DNA of 51,262 nt from the NCBI GenBank assembly GCA_964635595.1, contig CAZWOT010000001.1, positions 1-51,262 on the forward strand, read 5' to 3'. The translations under genes and the position numbers were made by a program. The stretch is from an uncultured Desulfovibrio sp. (GTDB lineage Bacteria; Desulfobacterota; Desulfovibrionia; Desulfovibrionales; Desulfovibrionaceae). The stretch's first letter is position 1, and every line of letters begins with the position of its first letter. Below the pieces are notes generated by a model. The model did not search any database, was not told where the DNA came from, and saw only the letters and a list, made by a program, of their open reading frames with translations. Of this stretch, positions 40,623-48,990 are shown piece after piece.

Positions 40623-40808
40623 AAAAAAAGTGCCCCCTCGATGGGAGCACCTTTCCTGTACGTTGCAGCGCTTGTGGGCTGGAGCACCGCCGGGGCCTTT
40701 TGCCCGGCCTTGGGACCTTGCCTTTTCCGGAATCCGCTAGATGAACATGTCCGCCTCCAGTGTGTGATTTTGGGGTGGCTCCTTCGAGCCGGAGCTGATT
40801 GCCTTTGC
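40623..40808 (-). ncRNA. Candidate small RNA, copy 1
   Basis: Upstream GCAACCTTT-N13-CGTCT, internal hairpins, terminator GTGCTCCC-ATCGA-GGGGGCAC-T7. Confidence 0.55.
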
Positions 40809-40813
40809 CCATG

Positions 40814-40840
40814 AGACGTTTGGGAGGCCTGAAAGGTTGC
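40814..40840 (-). promoter_or_regulatory. ECF-sigma-type promoter, copy 1
   Basis: GCAAC-N17-CGTCT. The -35 and -10 motifs are kept between copies while spacer positions vary. Confidence 0.5.
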
Positions 40841-40946
40841 GGGGCATCGGAAATTTCCCGGAAAAGCAGGAGTCAAGCGGGACATGTCGCCCAGTTTCGG
40901 CAAAAGGAAGCCTGTTTCAAGGCCCCGGGAAAGAGGCCCAGACATG

Positions 40947-41129
40947 AAAAAGGGCCCCCTCGAGGGGAGCACCTTTCTGTACGTTGCAGCGCTTGTGGGC
41001 TGGAGCACCGCCGGGGCCTTTTGCCCGGCCTTGGGACCTTGCCTTTTCCGGAATCCGCTAGATGAACATGTCCGCCTCCAGTGTGTGATTTTGGGGTGGC
41101 TCCTTCGAGCCGGAGCTGATTTCCTTTGT
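40947..41129 (-). ncRNA. Candidate small RNA, copy 2
   Basis: Same core. Upstream GTAACCTTT-N13-CGTCT, weaker terminator GCTCCC-CTCGA-GGGGGC-CC-T5. Confidence 0.55.
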
Positions 41130-41134
41130 CCATG

Positions 41135-41161
41135 AGACGGTCGGGAGGCCGGAAAGGTTAC
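41135..41161 (-). promoter_or_regulatory. ECF-sigma-type promoter, copy 2
   Basis: GTAAC-N17-CGTCT. Confidence 0.5.
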
Positions 41162-41748
41162 GGGATTTCGGGAATCTTTTTCGACAACGTGCAAGAGGTG
41201 ACGATGCTGGCCTGTCGTCGCCCTGCTTCATCCGCTTCGCGCCCGACACGCGTGCAAGCCCTGGCCCTTGTGTCAATAAATTGGACAGTTTCGCATCACA
41301 CGGCGTTGCCTGTCGAAAAAGTATGCACCTTGGGGTCAGCCTGGCCCTTGCCCCAAACGCACAGACAAGAGTGCTGACCGTGATTTTCGCCCCTGCACAT
41401 GCTCCAGGAACGGGCATGGGGACGCTCGTCTTGCCGGCACGCGCAAGATTTGCGGAATCTTTCCGAAAAGAGGGGTGGACGCGGGTTTCGCGGGCTTGGC
41501 TCCATGGCCCCAGACCTGGCGACTTGCCCTGCACGCATCATGCATGCGCCTGCCTGGTCGAAGAACGCGTTCAAGTCCGTGGGATCAAGGACTTTCGGCA
41601 TGAAATATGCATGCTTCGCAAAGTGCGTACAAAGATTTTGACGGACCTGTCCCTCTTTGCTATCTGGCGAACTTCGCCAGCCCCATCAAGTTGGCACGGC
41701 CGCTTGAAAAAGCGCTTCTCGCGGCCTTCCCCCACACGAGGTTTGTTC

Positions 41749-42567
41749 ATGCGCTACTGGTACGTGTCCTCCCTGGCTCTCATGGCTTTTGTCCTGCAGG
41801 TGGTCCTGCTGGCCGAGGCCAGGGCAGCGGAGGATATCGCTCTTGCGAACACCCACACCCTGAACTCGAGCCGGCCGGCTGCCGGGACAGTTCCCGATGT
41901 TCAGGCCTCCCTGGCCGTCTCGACCGAAGAAGCCGCGAAACCTGACGCAGCCCCTGTCGCACAGGCGACCGAAGAATTGGCCGCAGATTCGGCCGCCGAT
42001 GCCGGCGCGGGGTCCGAGGCCCATGCTGCAGCCGACGACGCTGCGCCCAATGCCGAGTCTTCGGATGCCGCCACCGCGAACATGGACGTGGACGGCGCGA
42101 GCGTGGAGAACCCCTTCGCCCGCTTCGACATTCTCTCGCTCGTGGCCGGCAAATGGTCGCGCAAGGAGGCCGACGAGTCCGGGCAGACCTCGGCCGAGCC
42201 CGACTACAGCCGCTGGAGGTGCCTCTACCAGAGCATCGAGGAGCTGCCCGAGGGCCAGCGGCAGAAGGCAAGCGCCATCGTGACCGACTCCCTGCCCAAG
42301 CTCAACGAGATAGACACGAAGATTTCCGGCACGGTTGGCGAGCTGCAGGCGCTCACCTACAGCGACAACGCGGACCCGGAGGAGCTGCCGAGGCTCGGCC
42401 TCGATCTGCAGCGCCTGCGCGAGGAATTGCGGGCCACGCTGGCGGCCGTGAACATCCGCCTGCAAAAGGAGGCGGGCCTGCGCCTCTCCGAGCCCAGGGG
42501 CCGCGGCTGCGAGTCCATGCGCATCTACCCCGCAGGGGCCTTCAAGTCCGTGAACCTGCCCCAGTAG
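41749..42567 (+). CDS. Exported protein with a C-terminal ZraP/Spy/CpxP-like domain
   Basis: Signal peptide (..AEARA), A/D/E-rich linker, C-terminal LPEGQRQKA..I....ELQAL....ADPEEL..L..DLQRLREEL helical pattern. Confidence 0.65.
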   Translation: MRYWYVSSLALMAFVLQVVLLAEARAAEDIALANTHTLNSSRPAAGTVPDVQASLAVSTEEAAKPDAAPVAQATEELAADSAADAGAGSEAHAAADDAAPNAESSDAATANMDVDGASVENPFARFDILSLVAGKWSRKEADESGQTSAEPDYSRWRCLYQSIEELPEGQRQKASAIVTDSLPKLNEIDTKISGTVGELQALTYSDNADPEELPRLGLDLQRLREELRATLAAVNIRLQKEAGLRLSEPRGRGCESMRIYPAGAFKSVNLPQ

Positions 42568-42589
42568 CGCCCAAAACGAAATTTTCCCT

Positions 42590-42630
42590 AAAGCCCTGCG
42601 AAAGGCCAAAAGCGCCCGCAGGGCTTTTTT
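42590..42630 (+). terminator. Intrinsic terminator
   Basis: AAGCCCTGCG...CGCAGGGCTT followed by a T run. Confidence 0.6.
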
Positions 42631-42773
42631 CATGCCCCGTGCCCGGGGGTACAGGCTTCTCGAAGCCCGAAAACGAAAAATCCTCCCGGCGTGAACCAGG
42701 AGGACATCTCGCTGCCAGGCCCTGTCCCCGGGCGGGGACAGGACGGCAAAAATCGGGGAAAGTGCAGGCTGCC

Positions 42774-44159
42774 CTAGTTTTCGTAGAAGGCCATGTAGGT
42801 CTGGTAGGACGAGTAGATGTCCGGGACGCTGGCAAGCTCGAAGGGCGAGTGCATGCTCAAGAGCGCCGGGCCGCTGTCGATGACGTTCATGCCGAGGGAG
42901 GCCAGAAAGAGGGCCACCGTGCCGCCGCCGCCGTGATCCACGTAGCCCAGCTGGCTTGCCTGCCAGGGGATGCCGGCCTTGTTGAGCACGCCGCGCAGCC
43001 GGCCGAAGAACTCGGCGTGGGCCTCGCTCGCGCCGTACTTGCCGCCGTGGCCGCCGTACTTCTCGAAGCAGATGCCGTGGCCGAGCCTGGCCGCGTTGGT
43101 CTTCTCGTGGACATCCTGGTAGTCGGGGTCCATGGCCGCGGTCACGTCCGCGGAAAGGGCGTCCGAGGCGAGCAGCACGTGCCGCAGGCTCGTCTTCGGC
43201 TCGTGGGCTTCCACCACGTCGGCCAGGCAGTACTCGAGGAAGCGGGAGTTGGCGCCGGTGTCGCCGTCGGAGCCGATTTCCTCCCTGTCCCAGACAAGGA
43301 GCACGCAGTTCTGGTCGTCGTTCTTCTTGTCCAGGAAGGCGCGCAGGCTCGTGTACACGCAGATGTGGTCGTCCTGGCCATAGCCGCCCACAAGCGAGGC
43401 GTCGAGGCCCACGTAGGAGGCGCGTCCGGCGGGCACCACCTCGATTTCCGCGCTCACGAAGTCTTCTTCCCTCACGTCGTAGCGCTCGAGGAGCAGGTCG
43501 AGCAGGGCGGTCTTGACCGGGTTCTTGGGTTCCTTGCCCTTGGCGGCGTCCTTGGGCCTCGAGGCCAGGATGACGTTGAGCTTCTCGCCCTGGAAGGCCT
43601 CGCGCACGCTTTTTGTCACCTGCTTCTGGGCCAGGTGGGGCAGAAGGTCGTCAATGGTGAAGACCGGCTCGTTGGCCTCTTCGCCCAGGCGCACCTCGAC
43701 GAGCTTGCCGTCGTCCCTGGCTATGACCCCGTGCAGGGCCAGGGGCCTTGCCAGCCACTGGTACTTGCGGATGCCCCCGTAGTAGTGGGTCTTTGCCTGG
43801 GCAAAGCCCGCCTGCTCCACGAAGGGATGCTGCTTGAAGTCGAGCCTCGGGCAGTCGCCGTGGCTCGCGATGAGACGCACGCCCTCGCTCAAGGGGCGCG
43901 TGCCCTTCCTGAAGGCGAAAAGCGCCTTGCCGCGGTGGTTGGTGACATAGGCCCCGGAGGCCGGGTCGCTGGTGAAGCCGGCCCCTTTCAGGACGTTTTC
44001 GCACCAGGTCACGGTCTCGCGCTCGGTCTTGCAGGTGGAGAGAAAGTCCACGTAGTCGTCGCAAAAGGCCGTCATCTTTTTGCGGACGGCCTTGTCCTTG
44101 TAGACGCCCCAGCCGTTTTTGCTCGTGTAGGCGCCCTTGCTCGCGTTGTCGTCGGACAT
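42774..44159 (-). CDS. M18-family aminopeptidase
   Basis: CKTERE, SHGDCPRLD.K, THYYGGIRKYQW, YGQDD, DREEIGS, SADV, LSMHSPFE. Confidence 0.92.
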   Translation of the reverse strand: MSDDNASKGAYTSKNGWGVYKDKAVRKKMTAFCDDYVDFLSTCKTERETVTWCENVLKGAGFTSDPASGAYVTNHRGKALFAFRKGTRPLSEGVRLIASHGDCPRLDFKQHPFVEQAGFAQAKTHYYGGIRKYQWLARPLALHGVIARDDGKLVEVRLGEEANEPVFTIDDLLPHLAQKQVTKSVREAFQGEKLNVILASRPKDAAKGKEPKNPVKTALLDLLLERYDVREEDFVSAEIEVVPAGRASYVGLDASLVGGYGQDDHICVYTSLRAFLDKKNDDQNCVLLVWDREEIGSDGDTGANSRFLEYCLADVVEAHEPKTSLRHVLLASDALSADVTAAMDPDYQDVHEKTNAARLGHGICFEKYGGHGGKYGASEAHAEFFGRLRGVLNKAGIPWQASQLGYVDHGGGGTVALFLASLGMNVIDSGPALLSMHSPFELASVPDIYSSYQTYMAFYEN

Positions 44160-44194
44160 GTACGTCTTCCTTGATGAATGTCTGGTTGAAGGTT

Positions 44195-44244
44195 GTGTGT
44201 CTGTGTCTGCGTCTGTGTATGTGTTTGTGTCTGTGCTTGTGTCT
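44195..44244. repeat. Imperfect hexanucleotide repeat (GTGTCT)n
   Basis: About 8 units in the selA-aminopeptidase intergenic region. Confidence 0.85.
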
Positions 44245-44299
44245 GGCCTGAATGGAGAATTCGGGAACGGAGAGCCCCTCTCGGCCGCACGATGGGGGG

Positions 44300-45739
44300 C
44301 TAGCCCCCGATGGCTCCGAGAGCCCGGCCCACGAGCGGCGGGATGGCCTCAAGCTCCTCTTCGGGGAGCGTGCGCGCATCCAGGCAGAAGGCGTCGTCTT
44401 CCAGGCGGCCGAGGAGGATGGGGTCCTGGCGCAGCAGGGCCATCTTGAGCTCGGTGGCGCTGGCGCGCGTCGGGCGCATGGCCACGAGGACGGTGGGCAT
44501 CCCCTGCTCGGGGAAGGCACCCCCGCCGCAGCGCGAGGAGCTGTCCACGAGGTCGATTCGGCATCTGTCCCCAAGCCCGGCCTCGAGCAGGCCCAGGAGC
44601 TTTCGGGCCCGGACCGCGATCACGTCCTTCGTGAGCAGGATGCGGGCGAGGGTGGGCACGTTGGTCCTTGCCGTTTCCGGGTCGAGATAGAGGCGAAGGG
44701 TTGCCTCGAGGGCCGCGTAGACGAGCTTGTCGCAGCGCAGGGCGCGCATGATGGGGTTTTTGCGCAAGCGGGCCACAAGTTCCCGCCTGCCCAGGATGAC
44801 GCCTGCCTGGGGCCCGCCCAGCAGCTTGTCGCCGGAGAAGAGGACGAGATCGGAACCGGCCGAAAGGGCCTGCTGCACGGTGGGCTCGCCGGTGAGGCCG
44901 TATCCCGAGAAGTCGAAAAGGGAGCCCGAGCCAAGATCGTTGACCAGAATCAAGTTATGTTCGTGCGCGATATTGGCAAGATCCTCGGTCGAAACCTCCG
45001 CGTGGAAGCCGATGACGCGGAAGTTGGATGCGTGCACGCGCACGATGGCCGCGGTCTCGTCGTTGATGGCGCGCCGATAGTCCTCGGGGTGGGTGCGGTT
45101 GGTGGTGCCCACCTCGCGAAGGATCACGCCGGTGGAGGCCATGACGTCCGGGATGCGGAAGGAGCCGCCTATCTCGACCAGCTCCCCTCGGGAGATGACG
45201 ACCTCGCGCCCGCGAAAGAAGGTGTCCATGACAAGCAGGACGCCGGCGGCGTTGTTGTTGACCACAAGGGCGTCCTCGGCGCCGGTGAGCGTCCGGAAGA
45301 GGTCGGTGAGCAGCGCCGAGCGGCTGCCGCGCCCGCCGGTCTCCACGTCGAGCTCGAGGGTGGAGTTGTCCAGGGCCGCCTGCTCGATGGCCTTCACGGC
45401 CTCTTTCGCCAGTATGGAGCGACCGGTGTTGGTGTGCACGACGACACCCGTGCCGTTGTAGACCTTGCGCATGCGGGGCTTGAGGCGAACGGCGACATGG
45501 GCCGCCATTTCGGCCTTGCGGGCCTCGAGTGTCACCTCCTCTGCATCCCTGAAGCGCCCAAGGCGGATTTGCTGGCGAACATTTTCCCAGTAGTCCACCA
45601 CCGCGCTGCGCAGAAGCGGGTGGGGCACCTCGCTTGCCAGGGCAAGGTCGGCCAGATCATGGGCCTCCCCGGACTTCAGAAACTCGATGCACTTGTCCGT
45701 GGAGGGGATGGCGCGAAAGAAGGAGGCAAGGTCGGGCAT
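44300..45739 (-). CDS. selA: L-seryl-tRNA(Sec) selenium transferase
   Basis: NGTGVVVHTNTGRS, VNNNAA, SRGELVEIGGSFRIPDVM, EVGTTNRT, DLGSG, FSGDKLLGGPQAG. Confidence 0.97.
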   Translation of the reverse strand: MPDLASFFRAIPSTDKCIEFLKSGEAHDLADLALASEVPHPLLRSAVVDYWENVRQQIRLGRFRDAEEVTLEARKAEMAAHVAVRLKPRMRKVYNGTGVVVHTNTGRSILAKEAVKAIEQAALDNSTLELDVETGGRGSRSALLTDLFRTLTGAEDALVVNNNAAGVLLVMDTFFRGREVVISRGELVEIGGSFRIPDVMASTGVILREVGTTNRTHPEDYRRAINDETAAIVRVHASNFRVIGFHAEVSTEDLANIAHEHNLILVNDLGSGSLFDFSGYGLTGEPTVQQALSAGSDLVLFSGDKLLGGPQAGVILGRRELVARLRKNPIMRALRCDKLVYAALEATLRLYLDPETARTNVPTLARILLTKDVIAVRARKLLGLLEAGLGDRCRIDLVDSSSRCGGGAFPEQGMPTVLVAMRPTRASATELKMALLRQDPILLGRLEDDAFCLDARTLPEEELEAIPPLVGRALGAIGG

Positions 45740-45842
45740 GAGAAACTCCCGTGCGGGCAGTCGATAAATGACTGCAGGGTGGGCCTGGCGGCATTTGGGT
45801 GCATGGCCCCTATTGAAGGGCGGAAAATTTCGAAGGGCCGGA

Positions 45843-47126
45843 TCACTCCCCTGGTGTCGGGTGCCGCAGGGCCTCGGGCCAGAGCTCGTAGAACTCGCCA
45901 AGAAGGTAGAGGGAGCCGGTGACGAGCACGGGCGAAAGCGCTGGGTCAAGGCTCTCGAAGGCATCTTTCAGGGAGTATGCTGCCCGCGGGGACCCGACGC
46001 CAAGGCCTTGCAGGGCATCGATTATGCGGCCAGCATCCTCGGCCCGCTCGCCTCCAAGCTGCGGGACGACATAGGCGGCGTCCGGCAGAGTCCCGACGAG
46101 AGTTTCGAGAACCCTTGGCCAGTCCTTGTCCCTGAAGCAGGAAAAGACGACGGCTTTGGGGCGCGGCACCGTGCCGTCCCCGATGGCCTGCGCAAGAGTC
46201 GCCATGCCGTGGGGGTTGTGGGCCCCGTCGAGCAGGCAGGTGCTCCTTGCAGGGCGTTGGCCTGCTGTCCCGGGACAGGGTGCGGCGAGCTGCAGGCGGC
46301 CGGGGATGAAGGCGCTGGCCAGCCCCCTTTCGATCTTCTCCTCGTCCACGGCCAGGCCGGCATCCTTCGCAAAGCGTCCGAAGGCCGCTAGGGCCGTTGC
46401 CGCGTTGCTCAGCTGGTGGACGCCGGCAAGGCCCGGGGAAAATCGGGCCGGCAAGGAAGGCGCGGTCTCGAGCATCGCGCCAAAAGATCTTGCCCGCTCG
46501 CGAAGAACCTCCATGACCTCCGGGGCCTGGGCGGCGGTGACGGCCGGGATGGGGCCGCGGATGGCGTGGGCCTTTTCAAGAGCTATGTCGCGAAGCGTGG
46601 GCCCGAGCAGGGCCGTGTGATCGATGGACATGGGCGTGAAGACGGCCAGATCCGACTGCAAGGCGCTTGTGGCGTCGTATCTTGCTCCGAGACCTGCCTC
46701 GAACACGGCCGCGTCGACGGCCCGGTCCCTGAAGACGATGGCCGCAATGGCGGTCACGAGCTCGAAATAGGTGAGCTCCCCGCATAGGGCGAGGGTGCGG
46801 GAGGCGGGCTCGAGCCATTCCTCGAGGGGGACGTCCTTGCCGTCGATCTGGATGCGCTCTGCGGGCGAGACGAAGTGGGGCGAGGTGTAGAGGCCGACCT
46901 CAAGCCCGTGGGCCTCGAGGAGGCTTGCGAGAAAGGTCGCCGTGGAGCCCTTGCCGTTGGTACCCACCACCTGGATGACCCTGTAGGGCGGCCTCGCAAG
47001 GCCGAGTTCGCCCAGCACGCGATCCATGCGCGCAAGCGAGAGGTCCATGTGGAAGAAGTTGAGGCTGTCCAGATGGGCGAGAAGATCTTTTGTAGTGCGG
47101 AAACCGGGGGAGCTTGGCATGGGCAT
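45843..47126 (-). CDS. folC: Folylpolyglutamate synthase/dihydrofolate synthase
   Basis: GTNGKGST, YTSPH, LTYFE, EAGLGARYDAT, PGRLQ, LDGAHN, VTGSLYL. Start at 47126 or 47120. Confidence 0.95.
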   Translation of the reverse strand: MPMPSSPGFRTTKDLLAHLDSLNFFHMDLSLARMDRVLGELGLARPPYRVIQVVGTNGKGSTATFLASLLEAHGLEVGLYTSPHFVSPAERIQIDGKDVPLEEWLEPASRTLALCGELTYFELVTAIAAIVFRDRAVDAAVFEAGLGARYDATSALQSDLAVFTPMSIDHTALLGPTLRDIALEKAHAIRGPIPAVTAAQAPEVMEVLRERARSFGAMLETAPSLPARFSPGLAGVHQLSNAATALAAFGRFAKDAGLAVDEEKIERGLASAFIPGRLQLAAPCPGTAGQRPARSTCLLDGAHNPHGMATLAQAIGDGTVPRPKAVVFSCFRDKDWPRVLETLVGTLPDAAYVVPQLGGERAEDAGRIIDALQGLGVGSPRAAYSLKDAFESLDPALSPVLVTGSLYLLGEFYELWPEALRHPTPGE

Positions 47127-47455
47127 GAGGCGAGGAGCTGGTGTTTGAAGACGGCCTTGGTGCGGCATGGATGCGCGTGTTCGTGCCGCGGTTGCCCGGG
47201 GACTGAAGGCCGGTGGAAAACGGCCGTGGACAATGGCAGCGGCAAAGGGGAGCGGCAAAGGGGGCAATGGAACCGGTCCCGTTTGTAGCCCTTGCGTCCT
47301 TTCGAGACAACACCCTGGAAGAAGGCCTGAAAGAAGACCTGAAAGGGGCGCGACTGGCCTTCGGGGCGGTGACTGGAGGCCGGGGATCCGGCCGATCCCG
47401 CCTTGACAAGAAACGTCGCCTGCCTGTAGTGATGTTTGCCGGATCTGTCCCCAAT

Positions 47456-47532
47456 GCGCTCGTAGCTCAGTTGGACAGAGCAGGAGCCTTCTAAGCTCTT
47501 GGTCGGGGGTTCGACTCCCTCCGGGCGCGCCA
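47456..47532 (+). tRNA. tRNA-Arg (anticodon TCT)
   Basis: Cloverleaf: acceptor GCGCTCG/CGGGCGC, D arm, anticodon loop CTTCTAA, GGTTCGACTCC T arm, 3' CCA. TTGACA at 47403 upstream. Confidence 0.97.
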
Positions 47533-47605
47533 CAACTTTCTTGTCCCGGGGCATGAGGCATGGCCGTCTCCCCACGGGGAAAACCGCACTTGCCGGAGGT
47601 ACGCT

Positions 47606-47905
47606 ATGGCAAACGGAAAGAAGCTGACGCCCGCTCTGGGCATGGTTGAAACCTATGGCCTGGTGGGCGCCATCGAAGCTGCCGACGCCATGGTGAAGGC
47701 CGCCGATGTCACCCTCATCGATCGCGTGGGCGTGGACGCCGGCCTTGTGACTGCCGTCGTGCGCGGCGATGTGGCAGCCGTCAAGGCCGCCTGCGACGCC
47801 GGCGCCGCCGCCGCAAAGCGCGTGGGCCAGGTCGTGAGCGTGCACGTCATTCCCCGTCCGGACAACGACACCGAGATACTGATCCCTCATCGCGACGGTC
47901 TCTAG
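47606..47905 (+). CDS. Bacterial microcompartment hexameric shell protein (PduA/EutM-like)
   Basis: [26 protein letters not shown]...[11 protein letters not shown]...HVIPRP. GGAGG RBS. Confidence 0.95.
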   Translation: MANGKKLTPALGMVETYGLVGAIEAADAMVKAADVTLIDRVGVDAGLVTAVVRGDVAAVKAACDAGAAAAKRVGQVVSVHVIPRPDNDTEILIPHRDGL

Positions 47906-47949
47906 GCCGACAAGGTCGACAAGCCGTCCGCGTCCGGCGGACCAACATT

Positions 47950-47980
47950 TCCCCGCGAGTGCCTTGCGGGGATTTTTTTT
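47950..47980 (+). terminator. Intrinsic terminator after the BMC gene
   Basis: TCCCCGCGAG-TGC-CTTGCGGGGA followed by T8. Confidence 0.8.
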
Positions 47981-48039
47981 GCTCTCCGAATCGGGGCCCT
48001 TGCCTGGGGGAACTCGCCCCGGGCCGGAACTTTTTTCGT

Positions 48040-48951
48040 TCAGGACTTCTTCGCTCCCTTCTCGAGCGTCAGAAGAAAGACCGCCAGCATGATGAAGGCG
48101 CAGCCGAACCAGCCCACGGCCCTGAAGTTCTCGCCAAAGAGGAGCCACACCCAGAAGGTGCCGAGCACTGGCTCGATGTTGCCGACAATGGCCGACTGCA
48201 CCTGGCTGATGCACTTGAGGCTCAGGCCGAGGGCGATGTAGGCCCCGAAATTGGTGAGGACGCTCATCAGGGCGAGCATCCCCCAGGCATAGCCGGATTT
48301 CCCGAGATCGAGCGGCAGGATGAGCGGGAAGAGCACGATGGCGCTGCCCAGGAAGGCGTAGGCGTAGAGCGTCTGGACCCGGAACTTCTGCACGTAGTGG
48401 AAGGTGAAGGGGAAGTAGGCCGCGTAGGCCACGGCCGAGAGGAGCCCTGCGAAAATGCCGACCCCGGAGAAGGTCGCGCTGGCGCTGCCCCCGGAAAAGC
48501 TCACCAGCACGACGCCCAGAAGGGCAATGGCAATGGCCGCAAGCTTCACCCTCGAGATGGCCTCGTGGTAGAGGGCGCGGGAGAGAATGGCCACCCAGGC
48601 GGGTGCGGTGTAGAGAAGCACGACCGCGGTGGCCCCGCCGCTTCGCTCGATGGAGACCTGGAAGGCCCCGAACATGAGCGCGCCGAAAAGGCCGCCCAAT
48701 ATGGTCATGTTGAGGCCCTCCCTGAAGGGCACCTTGAGGCAGCCCTTTGCAAGGGCGTAGAGGGCAAAGCACAGGCCCCCCAGGATGGAGCGCCAGAAGG
48801 CCGTTTCGAGGGGCGCCACGCCAATGGCGAAGAGCTCGCGGGAAAAGGGAGTTATGAGCGACCAGAGGGCCGCTGCGAGCGCAGCGTAGAAAAAGCCCAG
48901 GATGACGGTCTTCCGGGAGGCCTGGGCGATGTTCGTTGCTTGCGTGGGCAT
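48040..48951 (-). CDS. EamA/DMT-family transporter
   Basis: About 10 TM helices, AVVLLYTAPAWV..LS..L.HE, EPV..FGE. Confidence 0.9.
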   Translation of the reverse strand: MPTQATNIAQASRKTVILGFFYAALAAALWSLITPFSRELFAIGVAPLETAFWRSILGGLCFALYALAKGCLKVPFREGLNMTILGGLFGALMFGAFQVSIERSGGATAVVLLYTAPAWVAILSRALYHEAISRVKLAAIAIALLGVVLVSFSGGSASATFSGVGIFAGLLSAVAYAAYFPFTFHYVQKFRVQTLYAYAFLGSAIVLFPLILPLDLGKSGYAWGMLALMSVLTNFGAYIALGLSLKCISQVQSAIVGNIEPVLGTFWVWLLFGENFRAVGWFGCAFIMLAVFLLTLEKGAKKS

Positions 48952-48990
48952 GGGAGCAGAGGAAGAGACGCGAGACTCGAAGAACGGGGC

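Larger units (their letters stand above)
40551..41177. repeat. Tandem direct duplication, period 321 bp
   Basis: 40656-40800 is identical to 40977-41121 (145 nt). Flanks on both sides align but carry many substitutions and indels. Confidence 0.97.

Noticed and set aside
40560-41135. 83/84-aa plus-strand ORFs and 86/102-aa minus-strand ORFs in the duplication as real proteins
   Set aside because: No RBS, no synonymous-type variation, indels shift the local frame between copies, and promoter/terminator geometry fits a minus-strand RNA better. Not formally excluded.
40623-41161. Tandem glycine or c-di-GMP riboswitch
   Set aside because: GAAGGAGC and CTTTCAGG-like pieces occur in the wrong order, GGAGA is missing, and each unit seems to have its own promoter and terminator.
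41691-41708. Sigma-54 promoter for the ZraP-like gene (TGGCACGGCCGCTTGA)
   Set aside because: Good -24 box, but the -12 is displaced by one base and lacks GC. Spacing is strict for sigma-54.
47456-47605. Integrative element at tRNA-Arg
   Set aside because: No integrase and no duplicate of the tRNA 3' end seen in the window.
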